Below are positions 29,253 to 39,182 of a stretch of 64,000 bases of DNA, in pieces; the first letter of the stretch is position 1; the number at the start of each line of letters is the position of its first letter. The notes under the pieces were generated by a model. It was given only the letters and a program-made list of their open reading frames with translations. It was not told the DNA's origin and made no database searches. The position numbers and the translations under genes are program-made. The stretch covers positions 7,048-71,047 of the forward strand of contig CAZFMQ010000001.1 in assembly GCA_964520295.1 (NCBI GenBank), in the 5' to 3' direction. The stretch comes from an uncultured Candidatus Saccharibacteria bacterium. GTDB taxonomy: Bacteria > Patescibacteriota > Minisyncoccia > Phycocordibacterales > EsbW-18.

Positions 29253-29810
29253 TTAGCGCTCGTATTTACCAACAACAAACTCAAATCCGCCCTCTGTTGG
29301 GTCGCCAAAATCAAATTCTGGACATGTCCAACCAGGGGAGAGCTGGTGGCGTCCTGGGCTTGCTTCCATATCCACGATACCAAGAACATAAAATGGGCCA
29401 CGTTCTTCAGGGCACCCGTAGGATCCAGCAGGGAATCGATAGTAACGGACATTTGCCTGCTGACTTGCGAGTGGGTCAAACACTGTGCCACTCATAGCCT
29501 TGTTGATGACGAGCGTATTGATGAAATCATCATCCTCTGGTGTATCCCAGAACGAGGCAGAGAACCCATCACCTTCTCCAACGGTAAAACTGCTGTCGTT
29601 ATCTGAATCTGGGTAGATTTGTGCAGTTGCAAAGTACAGTTCAAGTCCTGTTTGTAGTTCACGAATAGAGGCGATGCGCTTGCTGTCGCGGGCGTTTTTT
29701 CGCGCACTATTTACCGCTGACAAAATAACGCTGGAAAGCAGTGCAATAATAGAAAGTGAAACAAGGATTTCGATAAGGGTAAAACCATGTTTTCGTGATG
29801 TGTAGTGCAT
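29253..29810 (-). CDS. Type IV pilin / pseudopilin-like protein
   Basis: Prepilin N-terminus KHGFTLIEILVSLSIIALLSSVIL: the G-F-T-L-I-E methylation/cleavage motif followed by a hydrophobic helix. Confidence 0.6.
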   Translation of the reverse strand: MHYTSRKHGFTLIEILVSLSIIALLSSVILSAVNSARKNARDSKRIASIRELQTGLELYFATAQIYPDSDNDSSFTVGEGDGFSASFWDTPEDDDFINTLVINKAMSGTVFDPLASQQANVRYYRFPAGSYGCPEERGPFYVLGIVDMEASPGRHQLSPGWTCPEFDFGDPTEGGFEFVVGKYER

Positions 29811-30112
29811 ATAATTATGATTGAGCGTGAGCAAGTTCCGGCGGAATTTCTCGTTGTGCGTTGAGCGGCTCTTCGTTGATGGTTCTAAAGAAGAGCATGG
29901 ATGCGATCGCAAAACAGAAGCATCCAGTTGCCACAAGCAACAAGCGGGCAACAGCAGGTGATGACGTGATGCCCCAACGCACTAACGCGTTTACAAATAC
30001 ACCGTCTGATTTTCGACTCGCAATAGGGGGCAAGCCCGCATCCTCAAACTGAACATCTATCATACGTGTATGGTATCGGCTTTTATGGTGAGTCGCAATC
30101 CACTCCTGTGGA

Positions 30113-31219
30113 CTAGCTGTAGAGCGCTTCTGTGGCGGTGAGCATTCGCTCAAGAGAGAATTCTGTTCGTACTTTTCTCTGTAGTGCCGAGCCTACTTGT
30201 GCCCGTAATGCGGGATTTTCAATGAGGGTGGTGAGTGCGTTGGCGAGTGCCTGCGGATCCTTTGATGGTACGAGCAACCCCGTCTTTCCGTCTTCGATAA
30301 TCTCTGGAATGCCACCGACGCGTGTGGCGACGACAGGTAACCCTGCGTTACCGGCTTCTAGGAGTACGTAGCCCGATGCCTCGGACAGAGAGGGGAGCAC
30401 AAAACAATCAAACGCGCGCATATAGTGTTCAGCATTTTGCACATGTCCTTGAAGGAATATGTTTGCGGAAAGTGAATGTTGTTCTATATGATTCTGCAAT
30501 CGCTGTCGTTCTTCTCCTTCTCCCCAAATGACATATGAGATATTTTGCGCATTGAGTGTGTGGACGGCCTCAATGGCGTATGTGATGCCTTTTATGGGGT
30601 GCAGTTCAGCAACAGTACCGAGTACGGTCGTGTTGTCCGTTTTTTCTGGTAATACGTGGCGAGCTTCTTCTTGTGACAGTGGAGATGCGTTACGTAGTCC
30701 GAGGTTGATGACGGTTATTTTTTTTGCGACACCCGGAAAATACAACGCTTGAGAACGAACTGATTCTGAAACAGCAATCGTTGCATGGCATAACAGCATA
30801 GTTATGTAATGGATCATGCAAATAAAAATTTTACTCAGCATGTTTCTATCTTCGTTCCATGCCCAACCATGCGCGGTAAAAATAATTCGAGGCACATGCA
30901 ACAGGCGTCCAATGACAGCACCAAGCGCCCCTATTTTTGAACTATTGAGATGTACTACATCGGGATGTTCCCGACGAATGATGCGCATGAGTTCTATAAA
31001 AGTCCGTACATCTTTTTGTAAGTGTACGTCGCGTGTGAGGTGGGGGAGAGAAATAACGCGCACAGATGCTTCGGTGAGACGTGTGGTTAGTGTACCGTTA
31101 CCACCACACACCACTGCAACATCGTGTGTGGTATTGAAATGTGTCGCCAAATCATACACATATCGCTGTGCACCGCCCCAATTAGATTTTGTTATAACGA
31201 AGAGTATCTTCTTTTTCAT
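30113..31219 (-). CDS. Glycosyltransferase family 4 (GT-B)
   Basis: MKKKILFVITKSNWGGAQRYVYDL; EASGYVLLEAGNAGLPVVATRVGGIPEII. Confidence 0.75.
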   Translation of the reverse strand: MKKKILFVITKSNWGGAQRYVYDLATHFNTTHDVAVVCGGNGTLTTRLTEASVRVISLPHLTRDVHLQKDVRTFIELMRIIRREHPDVVHLNSSKIGALGAVIGRLLHVPRIIFTAHGWAWNEDRNMLSKIFICMIHYITMLLCHATIAVSESVRSQALYFPGVAKKITVINLGLRNASPLSQEEARHVLPEKTDNTTVLGTVAELHPIKGITYAIEAVHTLNAQNISYVIWGEGEERQRLQNHIEQHSLSANIFLQGHVQNAEHYMRAFDCFVLPSLSEASGYVLLEAGNAGLPVVATRVGGIPEIIEDGKTGLLVPSKDPQALANALTTLIENPALRAQVGSALQRKVRTEFSLERMLTATEALYS

Positions 31220-31302
31220 GGCATGTGTCATTACGCTCTTACTATGTCTGTTTTCTCGTTGCTTCACAAGGGTCTGCTGCTGGTGTACGCTACTGTGTAC
31301 GT

Positions 31303-32652
31303 ATGCACGTGGGCAGGATTACAAGCCGTTGGGAGCCGTTCACACTTCTACTCGGAGACCTATTGGTACTCTATTTTTCGTTATGGATTGCGTTGTGGTT
31401 TCGTTGGTTTTCTTTCCCAACGTTGAGTGAGTTTGAAATATATATCAAACCCTTTACGTTCCTTTTTGTGCTCTGGATTTCTGTGTTTTTTATTGCGGGT
31501 TTGTATGACAAGCACACAACCGTACTAAAGAAACAGATTCCAACCATCATTTTTAATGCACAACTTATAAATAGCGCACTGGCGGTCTTCTTTTTCTACA
31601 TCATTCCTTATTTTGGTATTACGCCTAAAACCATCCTTTTTATTTTTCTTGTTGTCTCCTTTGCTTGTATGGTGCTTTGGCGTCGCTACAGCATCATGTT
31701 GTTTGATGTACCTGATCGGCAACCCGCATTGCTCATTGGCTCAGGTCCGGAGATGGAAGAATTGTGGAAAGAGATAAATGAAAATCCTCGGTACGGTATT
31801 TCTTTCGTGTCTATACTCAATCTTGAGCGCGTGGGAGAAGCAGATGCAAATGCAACGGTGTCGGATTTCATTGAGCGCGAATCTATTCGTAGTGTTGTGG
31901 TAGATACCCAACATGACGCGGTGCAGACGATTTTGCCAAGTTTGTATAGCTCGCTGTTTTCCGGCGTGCGGTTTTTGGATATGCATAAAGTGTATGAGGA
32001 TGTGTTTGACCGCGTGCCACTGTCACTGCTGGGCTATAACTGGTTTCTTGAAAATATCTCAATGACAAAGAAAATAGCGTATGAATTTTGTAAGCGTGTG
32101 ATGGATATCATTATTTCTATTCCACTTGCGCTTCTAACAGTGATACTCCTGCCATCCGTGTGTTGGGCAATTAAGTGGGACGATAAAGGACCTATTTTTA
32201 TTGTGCAGGAGCGTATCGGCAAAGATAACAAGCGCATTCTGATTCCTAAGTTTCGCACCATGCGCACAAATGATCGTGGTGTGTGGGTAAAAGAAAACGA
32301 TGATCGCATTACGCGTGTAGGTCGCTTCTTACGCAAATCTCGCATTGATGAACTTCCACAACTTTTTTCAGTGCTTAAGGGGGACATGTCGCTCGTTGGT
32401 CCACGCCCTGATATCTACGATCTCGGTTTGCAACTTGCAGAAGAGATTCCATACTATGTGGTGCGCAACGTCATCAAACCTGGTTTGTCGGGATGGGCAC
32501 AGATTCGCCAGAAGTTGCCACCGCAATCATTGGAGGAGACAAAGCTTCGTTTAGCGTATGATTTCTATTATATTAAGAATCGCTCATTGTTTTTGGATAT
32601 AAAGATTGCACTTAAAACAGTGATGACATTATTGTCGCGAGCGGGTAAATAA
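31303..32652 (+). CDS. Polyprenyl-phosphate sugar phosphotransferase (bacterial sugar transferase, WbaP/EpsE-like)
   Basis: Multi-TM N-terminus plus C-terminal KRVMDIIISIPLALL…GKDNKRILIPKFRTM…DELPQLFSVLKGDMSLVGPRP. Confidence 0.75.
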   Translation: MHVGRITSRWEPFTLLLGDLLVLYFSLWIALWFRWFSFPTLSEFEIYIKPFTFLFVLWISVFFIAGLYDKHTTVLKKQIPTIIFNAQLINSALAVFFFYIIPYFGITPKTILFIFLVVSFACMVLWRRYSIMLFDVPDRQPALLIGSGPEMEELWKEINENPRYGISFVSILNLERVGEADANATVSDFIERESIRSVVVDTQHDAVQTILPSLYSSLFSGVRFLDMHKVYEDVFDRVPLSLLGYNWFLENISMTKKIAYEFCKRVMDIIISIPLALLTVILLPSVCWAIKWDDKGPIFIVQERIGKDNKRILIPKFRTMRTNDRGVWVKENDDRITRVGRFLRKSRIDELPQLFSVLKGDMSLVGPRPDIYDLGLQLAEEIPYYVVRNVIKPGLSGWAQIRQKLPPQSLEETKLRLAYDFYYIKNRSLFLDIKIALKTVMTLLSRAGK

Positions 32653-32658
32653 TTTTTT

Positions 32659-33711
32659 ATGCAACATACTATTTTTATTACGGGTGCAGCAGGGTATATC
32701 GGCACAATGCTTGTGCGTGAGTTTGCACAGCGCGATAACATCTCACGTATCATTGGTTTAGACAAAGAAAAAATACCAGATCTTCTTGAGGGTGTAGAAA
32801 AACTAGTATGGATTGAAAAAAATACCTCAGATGATTGGGAACAGGATGTTGCACAGTACACTCCTGATATTGTTATTCATGCAGCGTGGCAGATACGAGA
32901 GATGTATGGTCAGCAAGATCTCCAATGGAAGTGGAATATCGGTGGGTCAGAAAAAGTATTTGATTTTGCCTTCTCCCACACATCAGTGCAGCGACTCATC
33001 CATTTTTCAACGGTTGCATCATACGCCGCACGTCCTGATAACACGATTGCACATCGTTTTACCGAGGAAGAACCATTCAGAAAAAGTGATTACCTGTATG
33101 CTGAGGAGAAGCGTATTGCTGAGGAGCGTTTGAGGGATCGTTATGAGCAAGCACAGCGGGTAGGGGAGCACACCCCGCTGGTGCGCGTGATTCGTCCCGC
33201 AGCCATTACTGGACCGCGCGGCAGATATATGCGCGTACGTTTCGGACTGCAGTCCGCCCTCTCTGGTCAATTGAAAGAAAACTTTATACATCGCCTTATA
33301 TCTGCAATGGTATCCTTCGTGCCCATAACAAAGCAGTGGTGTCGGCAGTTTATTCACGAAGATGATGTGGTTTCGATTGTGGAACTCCTGGCATTCAATG
33401 ATATACCCTCACCATTTGAGATATTTAACATCTGCCCCCCTGGCGATGTCGTAACAGGAAAAGATATGGCACAGGCAGTTGGTAAGCGAACAGTGCGTGT
33501 ACACCCCTTACTTGTACGGATTGCATTTTTCTGTATGTGGCATATTTCACGCGGTCGCGTGCCAACATCACGTGGTGGTTGGAAATCATACTCGTATCCA
33601 ATTGCTGTAGATGGATCAAAAATTACACACATGTGCGGTTTCCATTACACAATGTCTTCAAAAGATGCATTTGTGAAAAAGGAAGGGAAGTACATGCAAT
33701 TTGTGAAATAG
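32659..33711 (+). CDS. NAD-dependent epimerase/dehydratase (extended SDR)
   Basis: IFITGAAGYIGTMLVREF Rossmann motif; YxxxK context. Confidence 0.7.
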   Translation: MQHTIFITGAAGYIGTMLVREFAQRDNISRIIGLDKEKIPDLLEGVEKLVWIEKNTSDDWEQDVAQYTPDIVIHAAWQIREMYGQQDLQWKWNIGGSEKVFDFAFSHTSVQRLIHFSTVASYAARPDNTIAHRFTEEEPFRKSDYLYAEEKRIAEERLRDRYEQAQRVGEHTPLVRVIRPAAITGPRGRYMRVRFGLQSALSGQLKENFIHRLISAMVSFVPITKQWCRQFIHEDDVVSIVELLAFNDIPSPFEIFNICPPGDVVTGKDMAQAVGKRTVRVHPLLVRIAFFCMWHISRGRVPTSRGGWKSYSYPIAVDGSKITHMCGFHYTMSSKDAFVKKEGKYMQFVK

Positions 33712-34120
33712 TGTTGCAAAAGTAGCGGGGACGTGTAGAGTACCTGTTAGAAAGGAGGTCATATATGGCTGTCATTGGAGACGCGCTTGTGGTGCGTTTG
33801 CCGAGGGCGGTTTCACCAGAGAAACTTGAGGTGGCGATGGAGATTGCTCGCAAGGTAATTGCGAGCACCGACATTCCGGATGGTTCTGGCTTGATTCTGT
33901 CAGTGCCTCCGGACAACAGCGATCTGGATGATACACACATGATTATCCAGATCTATCGCACCTGCCCGCCCTTGCCAAAGGGGTGAACGACCCCGCCATC
34001 TGTACAGATGGCGGGGCATTGTTTTTGCGATATTTTTGGGATAGGAGTATACTCGCCGTTACATACCGCTCTGCACGTTTTGATGTGTGCATGATGTATC
34101 TAAATAAACAACGGTTACAG

Positions 34121-35452
34121 ATGAAATACAAAATTGGAGCACTCAGTATTCTTGTGGCAACATTTTTGATTGGCTTTTTTGTGTACAGCACAGAAAATCC
34201 AACATCGCCATACGCATTCAAACAAGGTCTGGATCTTGCGGGCGGTACTATGTTGACCTATCGCGCAGATGTGTCTGGTATTGCACCAGCGGATTTGAAA
34301 GATTCCATGCGCACGCTCCGCGATGTGATTGAACGTCGTATCAATGCAGGCGCAGTGTCCGGTGTACTCGGTGTGTTGGAGCCCGTCATTCAAGAGGAAG
34401 TTGCAAACCTTGGAGGCAGTGAGGAACACCGTGTGATTGTGGAGTTGCCAGGTGTGACTGATTTGGCGGGCGCAACTGAGTATCTTAAAAAGACACCTGT
34501 GCTCGAATTCAAATTGCTTGCAAACGGTGACGAACTTACCGCAACCGGCACCGGTACGCCAGAGTATGCAGATACAGGATTGACCGGACGCTATCTCTCA
34601 AGTGCACAGGTGCAATTTGTACAGGGCGGGCAGGGCATCATGCAGACACCTGTGGTGGCGCTGCAATTTGATGAAGAAGGTGCCGCGCTCTTTGGAAAAA
34701 TCACCAGCGAGAATGTCGGCGAAATACTTGCCATTTTCCTTGATGGACAAATTATCTCAGCGCCAGTGATTCAAACAGCAATTACTGATGGTCAGGCAAT
34801 TATTACTGGATCGGGTTCTGCAGAAGAAGCGCGCGAGCTTGCCAATAATCTGAAGTTCGGCGCGTTGCCTGTGCCAATTGAACTCATTGGTTCTGAAAAT
34901 ATTGGTGCATCGCTTGGTTCAGATATTGCGGCATCTGGTGTGAAAGCGGGTATCGGTGGTTTCCTTGTTATCGCATTGTTTATGACACTGTGGTATCGCT
35001 TACCTGGTCTTATTGCAACACTTTCACTCTGTGTGTATACCGTGCTGACACTCGCACTCTTCAAACTTATTCCGGTAACACTCACCGCATCGGGTATCGC
35101 CGGTTTCATACTTTCTATCGGCATGGCGGTGGATGCGCACGTGCTCGTGTTTGAACGAACCAAAGAAGAATTACGCGGTGGCAAAGGCATTCGTCAGGCG
35201 ATTGAAGATGGATTTTCTCGTGCATGGCTTTCTATCCGCGATGGTAACCTCACCACCATTCTTGCCGCAGTGATTTTGTTCTTCATGACCAACACACTGG
35301 TGCGTGGCTTTGCACTCACACTTATTCTTGGTGTGGTGGTGTCATTACTCACTGCAACCATCGTGACGAAAGTGTTTATGAATGCGATTGCACCGGATAA
35401 AGTAACACCGCTCACCCGATTCTTATTCGGCTCCGGTATTTCTAACGTATAG
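34121..35452 (+). CDS. secD: Protein translocase subunit SecD (start uncertain; the ORF is open from 33983)
   Basis: N-terminal TM, large periplasmic domain, six C-terminal TMs; GLDLAGG. Confidence 0.8.
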   Translation: MKYKIGALSILVATFLIGFFVYSTENPTSPYAFKQGLDLAGGTMLTYRADVSGIAPADLKDSMRTLRDVIERRINAGAVSGVLGVLEPVIQEEVANLGGSEEHRVIVELPGVTDLAGATEYLKKTPVLEFKLLANGDELTATGTGTPEYADTGLTGRYLSSAQVQFVQGGQGIMQTPVVALQFDEEGAALFGKITSENVGEILAIFLDGQIISAPVIQTAITDGQAIITGSGSAEEARELANNLKFGALPVPIELIGSENIGASLGSDIAASGVKAGIGGFLVIALFMTLWYRLPGLIATLSLCVYTVLTLALFKLIPVTLTASGIAGFILSIGMAVDAHVLVFERTKEELRGGKGIRQAIEDGFSRAWLSIRDGNLTTILAAVILFFMTNTLVRGFALTLILGVVVSLLTATIVTKVFMNAIAPDKVTPLTRFLFGSGISNV

Positions 35453-35454
35453 TC

Positions 35455-36393
35455 ATGTTTGTCATCAACTATAAAAAAATATTCTTTATTTTTTCTGCAG
35501 TATGTATTGCGTTGTCGTTAGGTGCACTTATGAAGTGGGGTCTGCACCTTGGTGTTGATTTTACCGGTGGCTCTTCAGTGACCGTATCGTACACCGATGC
35601 TGTACCTGCACCAGAAACGATTGCAACTGCATTGGAAGGCGCTGGTTTTGAGAATACGGTTGTGCGTGCAACGGGGGAGCGCGGCATCAATATTCGCATG
35701 CAGGCATTGGCAGATACAGACCACGATGTGCTTACGCAAGCACTGACTATTGAAGGTAGTGTGCCAACGATTGAGCGTTTGAGCTCTGTTGGTCCATCAG
35801 TGGGGCAGGAGCTCCGTCGCAAGACCATGTGGGCAATTGTGCTCGTGTTGCTCATGATTATCGTATACCTCGCATTTACATTTCGTCGGGTGTCAAAACC
35901 GGTGTCATCGTGGATGTATGGTTTGGTAGCGATTGCAACACTCGCACATGACGTCATTATTCCAACCGGTCTTGCAGCATTTCTCGGACACTATGCAGGA
36001 TTTGAGGCAGATATCTTGTTTGTGGTGGCACTGCTCACTATTCTCGGTGTGTCAGTGAACGACACGATTGTGGTGTTTGACCGTATTCGTGAAAATCTAA
36101 GCTTGCAGGAGGGGCATCGTTCACCTCAAAAAACATTTTCAGAAACTGTTGGTGAAAGTTTGAAGCAGACGTACGTGCGTTCATTCAACACGTCGTTTAC
36201 GGTGGTACTTGTGTTGATTGTATTGTTCTTCTTTGGTGGTGCGGCAATTCATGGATTTATTTTGACCTTGCTTGTTGGGCAGATTGCAGGAACGTACTCG
36301 TCTATTTTCCTTGCATCACCGATGTTGGCGGTTATTGGGGAGCGCAAGATTAAAAAAGAGGGAACCCACTCGCTCACACGATCGGGCAAGTAG
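35455..36393 (+). CDS. secF: Protein translocase subunit SecF
   Basis: GVDFTGG…; 6 TM; adjacent to secD. Confidence 0.85.
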   Translation: MFVINYKKIFFIFSAVCIALSLGALMKWGLHLGVDFTGGSSVTVSYTDAVPAPETIATALEGAGFENTVVRATGERGINIRMQALADTDHDVLTQALTIEGSVPTIERLSSVGPSVGQELRRKTMWAIVLVLLMIIVYLAFTFRRVSKPVSSWMYGLVAIATLAHDVIIPTGLAAFLGHYAGFEADILFVVALLTILGVSVNDTIVVFDRIRENLSLQEGHRSPQKTFSETVGESLKQTYVRSFNTSFTVVLVLIVLFFFGGAAIHGFILTLLVGQIAGTYSSIFLASPMLAVIGERKIKKEGTHSLTRSGK

Positions 36394-36485
36394 GGAAACA
36401 GAAAAGGGCTTCGACTCCAAAAAAGGGGTCGAAGCCCTGAATCTATTGACACAAAACAGTTTTTATATATTACTGGTATGAACCA

Positions 36486-36806
36486 ATGGTGGTTCATACT
36501 GTTCTTTCAGGGGGGATGCTGATGTTGGATATACTCAAAGACCCAATCTTGGGTAACCCACTCATATGGGGCGTACTCCTGTATGTTGTGTTGTACGTAG
36601 TGAGTGAGGTTGCTGGGCATCGGCAGGACCGTGCATGGGAGAAACTTCAGGAGGAGCGTTGGGCGCGAATCCGCCATGGAGAAACTCTCAAGCCGTTACC
36701 ACCTCACGTTGATCAGCGTGGCGCGATGCGGTTTGATGTCGCATCCATGCTTCGATCTGAGCACGACCGAAGCATTATTGCAGATATTTTGCGCCCCCAA
36801 CTGTAG
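36486..36806 (+). CDS. Hypothetical small membrane protein
   Basis: One or two TM helices. A palindrome GTATGAACCA…TGGTTCATAC and a TTGACA box lie just upstream. Confidence 0.3.
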   Translation: MVVHTVLSGGMLMLDILKDPILGNPLIWGVLLYVVLYVVSEVAGHRQDRAWEKLQEERWARIRHGETLKPLPPHVDQRGAMRFDVASMLRSEHDRSIIADILRPQL

Positions 36807-36917
36807 TTGGGGGCGTTTTTGCAACCCATTGACGACTTTGACTTTAGAGAGTAATATAGAGCACGTACATCCGACCCCCGCAGGGGTTTTTTAGTACCAG
36901 AAAAAAATACAAAAACT

Positions 36918-37106
36918 ATGAGCAGATTCGTTCAATATCTCAAAGACACGCAAACAGAGTTGAAGCACGTGTCATGGCCAACACGCCGACAGGCAATTAT
37001 CTTTACCTGTATCGTGATTGCTGTATCTGTTGCAGTTGCCGCATACATTGGTGCGCTGGACTGGGCATTCACCTGGGTTGCTGAGACCTTCATCCTTGCT
37101 CGCTAA
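36918..37106 (+). CDS. secE: Preprotein translocase subunit SecE
   Basis: 62 aa; ELKHVSWPTRRQAIIFTCIVIAVSVAVAAYIG; precedes nusG. Confidence 0.75.
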   Translation: MSRFVQYLKDTQTELKHVSWPTRRQAIIFTCIVIAVSVAVAAYIGALDWAFTWVAETFILAR

Positions 37107-37251
37107 TCTCTGAAAATCAAGGAGCGGGGCGACTATGATTTTCGAGACCTCGCCCTCTACAACATCTAAAACTCAAAATTATTTACACAGAAAAAAAGAG
37201 GGTGGGGTGATGATTTTGAAAGCTCGCTCTCGCTCACTAATAAAACCTATT

Positions 37252-37800
37252 ATGTCTACACAAAAACAACAGGATCAAGGACGTCACTGGTACGCCATTC
37301 ACACCTACGCAGGTTATGAGGACGCTGTTGTGCGTAACCTCAAACAACGTGTGGAGAGTTTGGGTATGGAAGATAAAATCTTTAACGTACTCATTCCAAC
37401 TGAAAAGAAAATTAAAGTAAAACGTGGCAAGCGCGTAGAAGAAGAGGAGAAGATTTATCCGGGCTACGTGCTCGTGGATATGATTGTGACTGATGATTCC
37501 TGGTACGTCGTACGTAACACGCCACGTGTGACAGGATTCGTTGGTTCGGGTATTCAGCCGGTACCATTGCGCCAAGACGAAATCGATGAACTCTTTGGTC
37601 GCATGCAGGCAGATATTCCGATGCACGCCATTGACTTTGAATTGGAAGACCGCGTTACCATCGTGGACGGTCCGTTCAAAGAATTTGAAGGACGTGTGTC
37701 AGAAGTTGATCGTCAGCGCGGTAAGGTCAAAATTCTCGTCTCAATGTTTGGTCGCGAGACGCCGGTGGAGTTGGATTTCTTGCAGGTTAGAAAGATATAG
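37252..37800 (+). CDS. nusG: Transcription termination/antitermination factor NusG
   Basis: HWYAIHTYAGYE…; KOW GRVSEVDRQRGKVKILVSMFGRETPVELDF. Confidence 0.85.
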   Translation: MSTQKQQDQGRHWYAIHTYAGYEDAVVRNLKQRVESLGMEDKIFNVLIPTEKKIKVKRGKRVEEEEKIYPGYVLVDMIVTDDSWYVVRNTPRVTGFVGSGIQPVPLRQDEIDELFGRMQADIPMHAIDFELEDRVTIVDGPFKEFEGRVSEVDRQRGKVKILVSMFGRETPVELDFLQVRKI

Positions 37801-37891
37801 TCGGACTTGAAAGAAGTAGCAAACAGTAGTACTATCCCATCGTTACGCATTAGTCTTCGGTTCGCGCTTCTCGGACTACAATACAAAAAAC

Positions 37892-38311
37892 ATGGCAAAA
37901 AAAGTTCTAAAAACCCTCAAATTGCAGATCCCCGGTGGTGCGGCAACTCCTGCGCCTCCATTGGGTGCAACGCTTGGTCAAGCGGGTGTTAACATTGGTG
38001 ATTTCGTTAATAAATTCAACACCGCCACTGCAGAGATGCGTGGAGAAACAGTGTCGGTATTGCTCACTGTATTTGAAGATCGAAGCTACGACTTCGTACT
38101 CAAAAGCCCACCAGCAACATCACTCTTGCTCAAAGCAGCAGGTATTCAGAAAGGTTCTGGCAATCCGCTCAAGATTGTGGGCAAGGTAACCAAAGCGCAA
38201 GTAAAAGAAATTGCAGAGCGCAAGTTGGTAGACCTCAACGCACACGATGTTGATGCCGCAATGAAAATCATTGAAGGTTCAGCTCGTAGTATGGGGATTG
38301 AAGTGCGTTAA
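37892..38311 (+). CDS. rplK: 50S ribosomal protein L11 (no rplA/rplJ/rplL follow)
   Basis: [26 protein letters not shown]…. Confidence 0.9.
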   Translation: MAKKVLKTLKLQIPGGAATPAPPLGATLGQAGVNIGDFVNKFNTATAEMRGETVSVLLTVFEDRSYDFVLKSPPATSLLLKAAGIQKGSGNPLKIVGKVTKAQVKEIAERKLVDLNAHDVDAAMKIIEGSARSMGIEVR

Positions 38312-38480
38312 TCGCACTTCAATCCGCCGGAGGCCGACTGGGCCGAGGCAGGCCTGCGCAACTTTTCAGCAGAAAAGTATGTGCAGGTTGAGTGCGTTAA
38401 TCGCACTTCAATCCGCCGGAGGCCGACTGGGCCGAGGCAGGCCTGCACAACTTTTCAGCAGAAAAGTATGTGCAGGTTGA
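38303..38480 (+). repeat. Tandem duplication, 2 x 89 bp with 1 mismatch, beginning with the last 9 nt of rplK
   Basis: Unit GTGCGTTAATCGCACTTCAATCCGCCGGAGGCCGACTGGGCCGAGGCAGGCCTGC(G/A)CAACTTTTCAGCAGAAAAGTATGTGCAGGTTGA. Contains the hairpin CTTTTCAGCAGAAAAG. Confidence 0.85.
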
Positions 38481-38513
38481 GGTGAAATAAATTTCTAATC
38501 TGGAATTAAAAAA

Positions 38514-38556
38514 CACCCCCGCCATTCCGAAACTTCGGAATGGCGGGGGTGTTTGT
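38514..38556 (+). terminator. Rho-independent terminator
   Basis: CACCCCCGCCATTCCGAAACTTCGGAATGGCGGGGGTGTTTGTT. Confidence 0.5.
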
Positions 38557-38603
38557 TATGTGCTAGTGTAGCGCCAGATTATAACCCGACGAAAGGAGAC
38601 ACA

Positions 38604-39182
38604 ATGAATATCAGGCAGGAAACACGCATTTTTGAGCCACCGTTTGTGGCACAAAAGTACGTGCAGAGCATGGAAGATCTTGCGAGTATTCGCAAGGGCT
38701 ACGAGTTGCTGGGCAAGAAGGTTGTTCTCACACAAGGTGTGTGGGACCTCCTGCACCGTGGCCATCTGCGGTACCTGTACGCCGCCGCACAAATGGGCGA
38801 CGTACTCATTGTCGGTGTTGACTCTGATGCTTTGACGCGTAAGCGCAAGGGAGAAGGGCGACCGGCAGTGCCACAGGACGAGCGTATTGAAATGCTGGCA
38901 TTTGAGCATTTCATCAACCACATCGTTCTGCGGGATGTACAGCAGGACATCGGCACGCTCATCAAGACGGTGCGTCCCGATGTCCTGATTGTCTCGGAAA
39001 CGACCAAGGACTTCCCGAAAGAGGATGTTGAGGTCTACACCGAGTGCTGTGGACAGATTGTGCGGCTGGCGGAACAGGCGCGGACGAGTAGCACGGAGCG
39101 TCTGCGTCAGCAGGTAATTCAGGGGAAGCTGGAAGTGGTGAACCTTCTGGAAAATCTCATCAAGAAGGTGAGGGGTTCATGA
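38604..39182 (+). CDS. Cytidylyltransferase-like nucleotidyltransferase (HxGH family; TagD/RfaE-domain-II-like)
   Basis: VVLTQGVWDLLHRGHLRYL…VGVDSD; SD AAAGGAGACACA ahead of the ATG; 4-nt ATGA overlap with the next gene. Confidence 0.55.
   Translation: MNIRQETRIFEPPFVAQKYVQSMEDLASIRKGYELLGKKVVLTQGVWDLLHRGHLRYLYAAAQMGDVLIVGVDSDALTRKRKGEGRPAVPQDERIEMLAFEHFINHIVLRDVQQDIGTLIKTVRPDVLIVSETTKDFPKEDVEVYTECCGQIVRLAEQARTSSTERLRQQVIQGKLEVVNLLENLIKKVRGS

Noticed and set aside
38271-38480. 69-aa ORF (+) in the ORF track spanning the tandem repeat
   Set aside because: It is generated by reading through two copies of the 89-bp duplication. It has no SD and its repetitive, Arg/Gly-rich translation is typical of a repeat artefact.
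38303-38480. Possible CRISPR array
   Set aside because: There are only two copies of an 89-bp unit, directly adjacent with no spacers, and no cas genes. This is a tandem duplication, not a CRISPR array.
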